From NCBI GenBank assembly GCA_023229115.1, contig JALNZW010000008.1:1-61178 (forward strand): a stretch of DNA of 61,178 nucleotides. Direction: 5' to 3'. The DNA comes from Patescibacteria group bacterium. GTDB taxonomy: Bacteria > Patescibacteriota > Patescibacteriia > Patescibacteriales > UBA12465. Of this stretch, positions 26,529-35,528 are shown piece by piece; position 1 is the first letter of the stretch, and the number at the start of each line of letters is the position of its first letter. Below the pieces are notes generated by a model. It was not told the origin of the DNA. It did no database searches and saw only the letters and a program-made list of their open reading frames with translations. The translations under genes and the position numbers were made by a program.

Positions 26529-29500
26529 ATGTCAAACAAAGAAAACAAAACAACAGAAACAGCTGAGGATAAAGAATTTAGAAAAAAGGCAACCGAAGCT
26601 GGTTTTAGTGAGGTGAATACAAAAGAGGAGATTAAAAAAATAGAGGTTAGATTAAAGAGACTGGATCGAGGTGGTGTAGAGCAGTTTAAAGGTGAAAAAG
26701 AAGTTTTGGTTGAAAGATTAAAAAAATATGGCGTAGAATATGTTAGCAAAAAAGCTAAAGGCTCAGTTGAAAAAATAAATAAATTAGCTGAGGAGCCAGA
26801 AGAAAAAAAGATTGCAGAGGGGGGAAAGGAAAAAATTGAAGAAGTTAAGGAAAGTTTAGAGAATGAATTTGAAGGAAATAAATCAAAAGAGAATTTTGCT
26901 GAAGATTTTGAAACCATTACCGTAAAAAGATCTAATGGAAGCATTGAAAAAGATTGGAAACTTATGGGGATTCAAGATAGCATGGCTACTGTTATGAAAA
27001 AAAATGATTCAGGTGAAATTCTTAGAAAATTTATTCCCGTAAAAGAATTAGAACTTTTTAATAATAAAAAATATTCTGAAGAAGAAAAGGAGCTTGTAAA
27101 TTCAGAAAAAAATGAGGAAGTTTTAAACAAGGAGTCGTCTAGTGAAGAGGTAGAAAATAAACAGGAAGTTGAAATTTCAAAAATGTTAAAAAAAGAATTA
27201 GAATCATTGGGTATTAATGATGAAAAATTAAAAGGTGAGGCTTATAAAAAATTTAACGAACTAAGTTCTGGTTCGAAACTTTTGGTTTTAAAAAATTTAA
27301 AAGGGATAATTTTAGAGGAGTTTACAGAGGAATCAAGGTCTGAGGCCAATTCTTCGGTGGGTGAGGTTAAGGGACTTTTTAGCAAAATCAGAAAAAGTTT
27401 TAAAGAGAATCGTTTGGCTAACAAAAGTAGGGAGGAAAAATTAAAAGAATTAAATAAAAAAGGCATTAATGAAAATCATGAGGGAAAATTAAATTCTTTA
27501 TCGGAAATAATTAGTACTCTAGAAATAGATGTATCTGAAAAAGATGGCAAAACAGAAGTCTCTTTGTTAAAAACTAAAGAGGGCATGAATGAAGATCAGA
27601 AAAAGGCTATTGATGAATTAAATTTAGCTGCTAATGAGTTTTTAAGCATTCCCAAAGAGATGGCCTATGAAAGTGCTAGTAAAACTGACCAAAAAAAATA
27701 TGAAGATGCTCGAAATAAATATTTAGAATCTCGAACTAAAATAGTTGAAACTTTGGGTGCTTCCAAAGAAAACTTAAGTAATTTAAATAAAGCTGATCTT
27801 CAATTAAGAATGGTTAGGGATTTTAGTAATGATTCTGTTTTGAGTGAAGAATGGAAACAGGCCGTTAAAAATCCAGGATTTTTTAAGAAAATTATTTCAT
27901 CAATGAGCAGTAAAGAGAAAGCTGCTTATACCGCTTCGGGTTATGCTGTTCGTTCAATAACTGGAGCATTATCTTTGTCAGCTTTAGCTATTCCGCTTGT
28001 AATGGGTATTGGCGCTCTTAGGTCCAATAAAAGGGCTAAGGAAAAAATAAAAACACAGGACAAAAAAGCTGTCTATAAAGAAAAGAAAGAAAGTCCATTG
28101 GCCTTAAAAAGGAAAAATATTAAAAAACAAATGGATAAATTAGTTCCAGCTGAATTCCTTTTGGAGCCCGATGCTTGGATGAAGAGCAAGGATGCTAATC
28201 AAGAAGATGTAAAAAAATATCTTGATTTAAAAATTGAGTTTTTAAAACTTGATGAGAAATTGACTCAAGAAAATATTGAAAAATTAAATATAGCTAGTGC
28301 TGAAAGCTTGGTTGATAAATTAGAATCTTTATCTGAAAAAGTAAAGAATGAATATTTAACTGAGTCTTCCAAGGAAAAGCCAGATTATAATAAATTAAAA
28401 GAATTAACTGAGTCATTAAGACTTAGAATGATGTTCACCAGAGAGAAGGTTTCTAAAGAATTGGTTAATTTTGGCTCTAATGAAAAAAAGGCATTAAATT
28501 ATTTGGATTTACAAAGAAGCTTGGACGAGGCTGAACTTATTTTGGCCGGAGAAGAAATAAATGAGGTTTTGTTTTCATTAGAGGAAAGCAACAAAAATCA
28601 ATTAGCTAGAATGGATAGAGTGGGTGTTGACGGTAAATTTATTGCTGGTAAAAAACTTTTAGATAAAATCTTAGATAGACATGCCGAAGATTTATCCAGG
28701 GAAAGGAAAAATTATATTATCAAAAAAACTATCTATGGTGCTTTAACTGCTGGTGCTTTTGCTGGAGTTGGTGCTTTGATTAGAGAGGGGCAGGATTTAC
28801 TTTCCAATATTGACACTTCTGATTTTGAACAAGGTTTAACTAATAATGAAGATTTTGAAAAAGCTGTTATGAGCGGTTTTTCAGCTATTAATGAAGCTAA
28901 CGAGTTTAGTGCTGTTGACTCAGTCGGTATGGCTAATTCTGTAAATGGAGTTGAGGCAAACAATTTTGATTTCGAGAATAGTTTTATAAAAGAAAATGTT
29001 TTAGAATCAAATCTGGGATCAGTGGAAAGTTATGTGGAGGTTGACAGTGGCATAGGCGAGAGTTTATCTTTAGCTGGAGTTGACGTTGAAAATATGAGCC
29101 CTAAGGCCATTGAATCTTTGGAGAAAATGGGCAATGTAAATAAGGTTGTTACCTTAGAAAAAGGAAATGGAGTTTCTAAAATATTTGGTGGCCACATGAA
29201 CAATGAATATAAAGTAAATTTTGTCGATGCTGAAACTGGCGAAATAACTGAAGCAGCTGCTTTTAGCAAAACAGTTCATCCTGGTGACCAAGTTATGCTT
29301 GGTGAAGATGGAGAAGTTTATGTTGTTTGTAAAAGTGGAGTTAAAAATAACCCACTTTATGGAGCAGTTAAAGAAAATATTAATGAGGGTGGAGTAGTTA
29401 GAGAAAAAATAGAACCGATAAAACCAATAGATATGTCCAAGTATGAGCTTGGCTTAGATGAAAATGGTAAAATGAATTTTGTTAAAAATAATATAGTGGA

Positions 29501-30833
29501 AAATCAAGTTGCGGGAGGTAACATTGTTGGCAGTGAAGTAGAAGGTGAAATTGCCAACGCTAATCCCTTGGAAGACTGGGATGTAAGTTTAGAAAATGGA
29601 ACCTTAATTAATGATGATGGAGCAACACTTGTTGGTACTAATGAAATTCCTAATTTTTCAAACGATAAAGTAGCTAGTGTTGAGCTTGATGGTGACAAAT
29701 ATATAATAAAAATGAAAGATGGAAGTTCGGTTGTCTTTAATGAAATGCCAGCTGGAGAAGAAGTTGAAGGTGTGGAATTGCCAAAAATTTATCAATTTCA
29801 AGAAATTATTCCAGCTAATAATCCTGTTCAGGATGATCAATTGGGAAATATTTTAGTGGGTGACCAAGGTGGTGTTTATGTTACCCCAGAGAGCGCTAGT
29901 AACGCCAACGAAATGATTAGTGGGAATTTAAATAGTAATTTGTTGGAAAATTTTAGTGAACATGGAGTTAATTATCCTAATAAGACAATTAGTGTGGACA
30001 ATAATATTATTGATTTCAAAACTTCAAGTTTTGGTTTGAATAAAATTAGCAATATTGCGCCAGAATATGGTGGTGGCGGTGGTCAACCTGTCTATTTCAA
30101 GGTTGTTTACGACAATGGAGCTATGGAAACTTTTAAGCCAGAATTGAATACAGCTGGAGAAATGACTTATGTTAAAGCTGGTGATGGCTTGGTTGATGTG
30201 TCATCTGATGTTGAAGGTGAGCTGGGAGCTGTAGTAGAGGGCGGTCTTGATTTGGGAGAGAATAATTTAAATAGTCTAGCCGAAAGATATGAATGGGCTA
30301 GTTATTTAAAGGCTGGTGGATGGGAGAATGTTAAAATTGAGGATGAGGGCAAGTCAATAATAATTGATAATTATAAAGTAAAATTTCCTGACTATGTTAA
30401 AGATATTAATGAAATAAAATTAATAAACCCCTTAGTTCAAGAAGATGGCAGTATTAAGTTTGAGATTCAATATGCCAATGGTCCAATAAGGTCGATCGAT
30501 GATTCATTTGTGACTGTTTTGGAAGAAATTACTCCAGCCGTAGAAAATGCTAGTGAGAATTTAGCAAGCGTTAGAGATGTTTTTAGTAGCCCTACTAAAA
30601 TCAAAGAGGCTTTAGGTGATTTTTCAGAGAAAATTAGAGCAATATCAACTGATAATGATGGTAATTTTGCCTTGAAGATGAAAGATGGCAAGGTGATAGA
30701 TATTAGCGTCAGCGAAGATGTTATTGAGGTTGGAGCTTTGAAAACTGAATATGTAAACATTGAAGATGGTAAAATATCTAGTGAAAAATTAAAGGAGGCA
30801 GTTGTTAAACATTTAGAAAATATGACTAGATAG
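26529..30833 (+). CDS. Giant (1434 aa) membrane-anchored hypothetical protein
   Basis: E/K-rich coiled-coil N-terminal 470 aa. Two hydrophobic segments (ITGALSLSALAIPLVMGIGAL and IYGALTAGAFAGVGALI) lie about 260 aa apart. The G/V/N/E-rich C-terminal half carries recurring short beta motifs (YIIKMKDGSSVVF, FALKMKDGKVIDI, VYFKVVYDNGAMETF, IKFEIQYANGPIRSI). Confidence 0.65.
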   Translation: MSNKENKTTETAEDKEFRKKATEAGFSEVNTKEEIKKIEVRLKRLDRGGVEQFKGEKEVLVERLKKYGVEYVSKKAKGSVEKINKLAEEPEEKKIAEGGKEKIEEVKESLENEFEGNKSKENFAEDFETITVKRSNGSIEKDWKLMGIQDSMATVMKKNDSGEILRKFIPVKELELFNNKKYSEEEKELVNSEKNEEVLNKESSSEEVENKQEVEISKMLKKELESLGINDEKLKGEAYKKFNELSSGSKLLVLKNLKGIILEEFTEESRSEANSSVGEVKGLFSKIRKSFKENRLANKSREEKLKELNKKGINENHEGKLNSLSEIISTLEIDVSEKDGKTEVSLLKTKEGMNEDQKKAIDELNLAANEFLSIPKEMAYESASKTDQKKYEDARNKYLESRTKIVETLGASKENLSNLNKADLQLRMVRDFSNDSVLSEEWKQAVKNPGFFKKIISSMSSKEKAAYTASGYAVRSITGALSLSALAIPLVMGIGALRSNKRAKEKIKTQDKKAVYKEKKESPLALKRKNIKKQMDKLVPAEFLLEPDAWMKSKDANQEDVKKYLDLKIEFLKLDEKLTQENIEKLNIASAESLVDKLESLSEKVKNEYLTESSKEKPDYNKLKELTESLRLRMMFTREKVSKELVNFGSNEKKALNYLDLQRSLDEAELILAGEEINEVLFSLEESNKNQLARMDRVGVDGKFIAGKKLLDKILDRHAEDLSRERKNYIIKKTIYGALTAGAFAGVGALIREGQDLLSNIDTSDFEQGLTNNEDFEKAVMSGFSAINEANEFSAVDSVGMANSVNGVEANNFDFENSFIKENVLESNLGSVESYVEVDSGIGESLSLAGVDVENMSPKAIESLEKMGNVNKVVTLEKGNGVSKIFGGHMNNEYKVNFVDAETGEITEAAAFSKTVHPGDQVMLGEDGEVYVVCKSGVKNNPLYGAVKENINEGGVVREKIEPIKPIDMSKYELGLDENGKMNFVKNNIVENQVAGGNIVGSEVEGEIANANPLEDWDVSLENGTLINDDGATLVGTNEIPNFSNDKVASVELDGDKYIIKMKDGSSVVFNEMPAGEEVEGVELPKIYQFQEIIPANNPVQDDQLGNILVGDQGGVYVTPESASNANEMISGNLNSNLLENFSEHGVNYPNKTISVDNNIIDFKTSSFGLNKISNIAPEYGGGGGQPVYFKVVYDNGAMETFKPELNTAGEMTYVKAGDGLVDVSSDVEGELGAVVEGGLDLGENNLNSLAERYEWASYLKAGGWENVKIEDEGKSIIIDNYKVKFPDYVKDINEIKLINPLVQEDGSIKFEIQYANGPIRSIDDSFVTVLEEITPAVENASENLASVRDVFSSPTKIKEALGDFSEKIRAISTDNDGNFALKMKDGKVIDISVSEDVIEVGALKTEYVNIEDGKISSEKLKEAVVKHLENMTR

Positions 30834-30855
30834 TTTTTTTATCAATTTTTATAAT

Positions 30856-30880
30856 AAAGAGTCACCTGGGGTGACTCTTT
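30856..30880 (+). terminator. Intrinsic terminator
   Basis: aaagagtcac-ctggg-gtgactcttt. Confidence 0.6.
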
Positions 30881-30916
30881 ATTGATTTTTAAGACCTTTT
30901 TTGTTAAGCTTTCTTT

Positions 30917-32722
30917 ATGAATATCATGAATAGATTAAAAAATTATATAAAAAGAGTAGTCAAAAAAGACAAATTTTTATTATTTGTTATTCTTTTTTCT
31001 GTGTTTTTTTTGTTAATGACTTCAGTTTTGCCTAATTTTCAAGAAAAAAACGATTTTTTAAAGTTTTTCTCACCCGATGAAAATGCCAATTATGTCTTTA
31101 CTAAACTATATGCTCAAACTGGCGATCTTTATGTTTTTGAAAAATATAATCTTATAGCCGAAGATATTGTTCGTCCTAGAAGTTATATTAGCGAAGGTGG
31201 TTTTATTAAACCAGTTAGTTTCTTGGGGATGACTATTTATTATGGTTTTTTAGCTAAAGTTTTTGGCATTGGCATAATTCCTTATTTAACTCCTTTTTTT
31301 GCCGCTCTGGCTTTGGTCTTTTATTATTTGTTGATCAAGAAATTATTTGATAGTAAAAATGCTTTTATCTCCACTTTGCTATTATTTTCCTTTCCTGTCT
31401 TAATTTATTATTCGGCTCGCAGTTTGTTTCACAATGTTTTATTTCTGTCTTTTTTGATTATTGGCCTTTATTTTCTGTCAGTCTTATTTGAAAAAAGAAT
31501 ACCTTCGCCGGAAAAAGATGAAGATAAATATTTAAAAAAATTATTTTCTGTCGATTTTTTGTTTTCAGCTCTTAGTGGTTTGTTTTTTGGTATGGCCATC
31601 GCCGTTCGATCTTCTGAGCTTATTTGGTTATTAATGGCTGCCTTTTTGTTTTTGATTATAAAAATTAAAAAATTAAGTTTATTAAGATTAACAGTTCTTG
31701 TTTCTTTCTTTGTTTTAGCTCTCTTGCCTGTTTTTTATAATAATCAAATTTTATATGGCTCTCCTTTTTATGGTGGTTATTATGAAATGAATAAGTCTAT
31801 TAGCCAAATTAGCCAGGCTGGGGGAGGGATAATAAAATCTGTTTTTACTGGTAGCTTAGCAGATGTTAAAATTCTTTTAAAATTTGTTTTTAAAACTGTT
31901 TTTTATTTCGGTTTTTACCCTCTTCAATCCTTGGAAATGTTTGATAAATATTTTGTGAAAATGTTTTGGTATTTATGTTGGCCAGCAGTGTTGGGTTTTG
32001 CTGCTTATATTTTTACAGAGAAAAAGAAGTTAAAGAAATTTTATCCTTATTTTGTTTCCTGGTTTTTAGCCTCAATCTTCTTGATTTTTTATTATGGTTC
32101 TTGGAAGTTTGTTGATAATCCTGATCCAAGTCGATTTACAATCGGTAATTCTTATACCCGTTATTGGTTACCAGTTTATATTGGTATCTTGCCCTTTGTT
32201 TCTTATTTTATATTAAAAATTGGAGTAATCTTTGTTTTTATAAAAAAAGAGAAAATACGAAAAATATTTTCAAATTCTTTGTCAGTATTATTTCTTGTAT
32301 CCCTAGTGTTCTTATCCTTCAAATATGTTTATAGTGGCTCAGAGGAGGGTTTAAAACATTATTTTCCCAAAACAGAAAGAGCTATAGCAGAGGTTTCTAG
32401 GGTTATTGATTTAACTGAAAATAATTCAGTAGTAATAACTGAATACCATGATAAATTTTTATTTCCAGAAAGAAAAGTAATTGTTGGTCGTTTTAATGAT
32501 GACAACATGAACAGAAATTATAGCAGGCTGGTTGATTATTTGCCGGTTTATTATTTTAATTTTACTTTTCCGGAAAAGGATTTAGAATATTTAAATAGCA
32601 GAAGGTTAAAGGATTTTGATTTACAGATTGAATTAGTAGAGGAAATTAATGAAACCTTTTCTTTGTATAAACTTTATTCATTCTGTCATCCCAGCGAAAG
32701 CTGGGATCCAGTTAAATATTGA
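30917..32722 (+). CDS. Polytopic GT-C type glycosyltransferase (GT39/ArnT-like)
   Basis: 601 aa with more than 10 TM, an acidic first loop (FSPDENANYVF) and a soluble C-terminal ~130 aa. The family call is tentative. Confidence 0.45.
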   Translation: MNIMNRLKNYIKRVVKKDKFLLFVILFSVFFLLMTSVLPNFQEKNDFLKFFSPDENANYVFTKLYAQTGDLYVFEKYNLIAEDIVRPRSYISEGGFIKPVSFLGMTIYYGFLAKVFGIGIIPYLTPFFAALALVFYYLLIKKLFDSKNAFISTLLLFSFPVLIYYSARSLFHNVLFLSFLIIGLYFLSVLFEKRIPSPEKDEDKYLKKLFSVDFLFSALSGLFFGMAIAVRSSELIWLLMAAFLFLIIKIKKLSLLRLTVLVSFFVLALLPVFYNNQILYGSPFYGGYYEMNKSISQISQAGGGIIKSVFTGSLADVKILLKFVFKTVFYFGFYPLQSLEMFDKYFVKMFWYLCWPAVLGFAAYIFTEKKKLKKFYPYFVSWFLASIFLIFYYGSWKFVDNPDPSRFTIGNSYTRYWLPVYIGILPFVSYFILKIGVIFVFIKKEKIRKIFSNSLSVLFLVSLVFLSFKYVYSGSEEGLKHYFPKTERAIAEVSRVIDLTENNSVVITEYHDKFLFPERKVIVGRFNDDNMNRNYSRLVDYLPVYYFNFTFPEKDLEYLNSRRLKDFDLQIELVEEINETFSLYKLYSFCHPSESWDPVKY

Positions 32723-32771
32723 TCTGGATTCCAGTTTTTTTGCCTACCGGTAGGCAAGGTGCGGGAATGAC
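32684..32771. repeat. G+C-rich palindromic repeat element of the VIPAKAGIQ / WIPAFAGMT type, two inverted units
   Basis: tgtcatcccagcgaaagctgggatccag ... ctggattccag-T6-tgcctaccggtaggcaaggtgcgggaatgaca. Hairpins cccagc-gaaa-gctggg (32690-32705) and ttgcctacc/ggtaggcaa (32740-32757). Ends are inverted: tgtcat-ccc versus gggaatgaca. Confidence 0.6.
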
Positions 32772-35103
32772 AAAATTAGACATGACTTATAATATTATTA
32801 CAATTGGGTGCCAAATGAATGTGGCTGATAGCGAAAGGCTTCGTTTTTATTTGGAAAAACTTGGTTTTAAAAATGAGCCTGATTTTTTGTTAGCCAAATT
32901 AGTAATTTTTGTTACTTGTGGTGTAAAGCAGGCAGCTGAAGATCGTATCCATGGGCTTATTAATAGAATCTATAAAAATAATAAGAAAACAGTGATTGTG
33001 GTTACTGGCTGTCTTAGTGATAGGGATGATTTGCATAAAAGTTTGAAAGGCAGGGTAAAAATTTGGTTTAATATTTCTGATTTATTAAATTTTGATAAAA
33101 AGTTGAAAAATTTTTTTCCAACAATTAAAAAAATTACAAAAAAAGAAAATAATTATTTAGAATTGGCAGCTGATTATTCCTCTAGCTTCTCGGCTTTTGT
33201 ACCTATCGGTAACGGTTGTAACAATTTTTGCTCTTATTGTGTGGTTCCTTATGCTCGGGGTAGAGAAGTTTATCGTCCAGCCTATGATATTTTAAAAGAA
33301 GTGCAAAAATTAATTAAAAAGGGCTATAAAGAAATAAGCTTGATAGCTCAGAATGTTAATAGCTACAAAGTAGATAGTGACGATAGGATAGAAGAGGAAT
33401 TTGGTTTTAAATTAAAAAATAAAAAAATTGATTTTGCCGACCTTTTGTCTATGGTTGATAAATTGGAAGGAGATTTTTGGCTACGATTTTCTTCTAGTCA
33501 CCCTAAAGATGTTAGTAATAAGTTGATTACAGTTTTAAAAAAAACAAAACATCTTTGCGAGCATTTTCATTTAGCTGTTCAGTCTGGTGATAATCATATT
33601 TTAGAGGCAATGAATAGAAGGTATACAATTGAGACTTATAAAGAAAGGGTTAAAAAGATTAGAGAGTCTCTGGATTTTAAAAATGGTTTTTCGGCTTCAA
33701 TTACTAGTGATGTTATTGTTGGTTTTCCGGGAGAAAAAATAAAAAACTTTAACAACACTAAAAAGCTTTTTAAAGAAATAAGCTTTGATTTGGTTTATAT
33801 TTCTAAGTATAGTCCTCGTTACAAAACAGTTTCTTCTTATTTGAAAGATGATGTTAGTCTATCCGAAAAGAAAAGGAGAGAAAGGGAGCTGAATATTATT
33901 TTAAGGAAAACGGCCTTAAAAAATAATCAACAATATCTAAATAAAGTAGTGGATATTTTAATAGAAGGTTTTGATCGCAAAGGTTTTTTAACTGGTAGAA
34001 CTAGAACTTCCAAGCTTGTGAGAATAAGTCATAAAGTTGCTTGTCCTAATGATTTTATTGGTAAATTTGTTAAAGTGGAAATTACTAATGTTTTCGAGTT
34101 TGAACTTCAAGCCAAGATTGTTGGTTACGACTTTTCATGTTTAAGTATTCCCAAGTATAGTAAAGATAAAAAGAAAAAAATTTCTCAAAAAAAAGGGAAA
34201 GTGGTTGTTGTTTTGGGTCCGACTGCTAGCGGAAAAACATCTTTGGCGGTAAGGTTGGCTGATAAATTTAACGGAGAAATAGTTAGCGCTGATAGTCGTC
34301 AAGTTTATAGGGGTATGGATATTGGTACCGGCAAGGATTTAGCTGAGTATTATTTTGAAGATAAGAAAATAAATCATCACTTAATAGATATAGTTAATCC
34401 GCAAGAAATTTTTAATTTAGCTGATTATCAAAAACAGGCTTTTTTGGCTATTGATGATATTATGGGTAGGGGGAAGTTGCCTTTTTTAGTTGGTGGTAGT
34501 GGCTTATATTTAGAGGCAGTAGTTGATAATTATTTATTATCTGAATCAAAACCATCTTTTGAGAAAAGAGATGAATTTGAGTCTTTAGAGATTTCAGAGT
34601 TACAAAAAAGAATTAAGAGTATTAACAAAAAATTTTTTCTTAGTTTAAATAATAGCGATTTAAATAATAAAAGAAGGTTGGCTCGTTATTTAGAGGTTTT
34701 GTTGAATGAAAAATCTTTTGAAGCAAAAAGAGGTAAAAGAAAATATGATTTTTTGATTTTGGGACTTAACCCAGAAAGGGCGGTGGTTAAAGAAAAAATA
34801 TATAAAAGATTGTTAGATAGGATAAATAACGAAGACATGATTGGCGAGGTCAAAAGACTTCATAAATCTGGTGTTAGTTATGAAAGACTAGAAAGTTTTG
34901 GTTTAGAATATCGTTTTATATCTTTATTCCTGCAAAATAAAATAAGCGAACAACAATTAATTGATCGCTTATTTGTAGCTATTTGTCAGTTTTCTAAAAG
35001 ACAAATGTCTTGGTTCAGGAGATGGGAGAAAAATGGTGCTGAAATTGTTTGGCTTGAAAATAAAAATGATGTTGTTAAATTTATTAAATCTTTTTTAGGG
35101 TAA
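32767..35103 (+). CDS. miaB/miaA: Apparent MiaB-MiaA fusion (tRNA i6A37 methylthiotransferase plus tRNA dimethylallyltransferase)
   Basis: MiaB part: GCQMN, VTGC, radical-SAM CNNFCSYC and a TRAM domain ending ...QAKIVG. A K-rich linker follows, then MiaA: VVVLGPTASGKTSLAVRLA, SADSRQVYRGMDIGTGK. The track start at 32719 lies inside the repeat element; the ATG at 32767 or 32782 is likelier. Confidence 0.75.
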   Translation: MTKLDMTYNIITIGCQMNVADSERLRFYLEKLGFKNEPDFLLAKLVIFVTCGVKQAAEDRIHGLINRIYKNNKKTVIVVTGCLSDRDDLHKSLKGRVKIWFNISDLLNFDKKLKNFFPTIKKITKKENNYLELAADYSSSFSAFVPIGNGCNNFCSYCVVPYARGREVYRPAYDILKEVQKLIKKGYKEISLIAQNVNSYKVDSDDRIEEEFGFKLKNKKIDFADLLSMVDKLEGDFWLRFSSSHPKDVSNKLITVLKKTKHLCEHFHLAVQSGDNHILEAMNRRYTIETYKERVKKIRESLDFKNGFSASITSDVIVGFPGEKIKNFNNTKKLFKEISFDLVYISKYSPRYKTVSSYLKDDVSLSEKKRRERELNIILRKTALKNNQQYLNKVVDILIEGFDRKGFLTGRTRTSKLVRISHKVACPNDFIGKFVKVEITNVFEFELQAKIVGYDFSCLSIPKYSKDKKKKISQKKGKVVVVLGPTASGKTSLAVRLADKFNGEIVSADSRQVYRGMDIGTGKDLAEYYFEDKKINHHLIDIVNPQEIFNLADYQKQAFLAIDDIMGRGKLPFLVGGSGLYLEAVVDNYLLSESKPSFEKRDEFESLEISELQKRIKSINKKFFLSLNNSDLNNKRRLARYLEVLLNEKSFEAKRGKRKYDFLILGLNPERAVVKEKIYKRLLDRINNEDMIGEVKRLHKSGVSYERLESFGLEYRFISLFLQNKISEQQLIDRLFVAICQFSKRQMSWFRRWEKNGAEIVWLENKNDVVKFIKSFLG

Positions 35104-35523
35104 ACATTCTATTTCTCCTATCGGACTTAAACAATTTTGCCCAGTATTATATTCGTCTATATTTTTTTCCAAACAAAATTTAATTTGATAGGAATCTCCA
35201 TCTTTAGTGTATTGATAATTATTTGGTTCACAGTTTGGCGCTGCTGGTTGAGGGTTTTGCGGTACTCTTATCATGTAAATTCTGTTAGTAGTAGATCCGA
35301 TTAAGTTTTCTCCTAGGTTTAAGGTGTCAGGATAAAAACCTTCATCTCGATAATATTCTTCTAAAGCTAATTGAATTTGAGCAATATCACTAATTCTTCT
35401 TGTGTCTCGAGAACTTCTTCTTATTTCTGATAAAGAAACTGAAACAATAGAAAAGATAAGCCCAATAATCATTACGGCTAAAACAATTTCAGCTAGGGTA
35501 TAGGCTTTTTTTCTTGTTTTCAT
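35095..35523 (-). CDS. Orphan type IV pilin-like protein
   Basis: MKTRKKA|YTLAEIVLAVMIIGLIFSIV, 142 aa. Confidence 0.65.
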   Translation of the reverse strand: MKTRKKAYTLAEIVLAVMIIGLIFSIVSVSLSEIRRSSRDTRRISDIAQIQLALEEYYRDEGFYPDTLNLGENLIGSTTNRIYMIRVPQNPQPAAPNCEPNNYQYTKDGDSYQIKFCLEKNIDEYNTGQNCLSPIGEIECLP

Positions 35524-35528
35524 ATTTT

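Noticed and set aside
26465-30760. Several antisense ORFs (26465..26944, 27242..27466, 28733..28963, 29030..29269, 29504..29698, 30467..30760) opposite the giant gene
   Set aside because: They are S/L/F/P-rich mirror-frame translations of an E/K-rich gene, with no independent signals. The same applies to antisense ORFs inside valS, the HI0933-like gene, the MacB ATPase and others.
32719-32766. N-terminal extension MIWIPVFLPTGRQGAG of the miaB ORF and the 4-nt overlap with the upstream gene
   Set aside because: The extension is encoded by the palindromic repeat element. A canonical MiaB N-terminus (MTYNIITIGCQMN) begins at the internal ATGs, 32767 or 32782.
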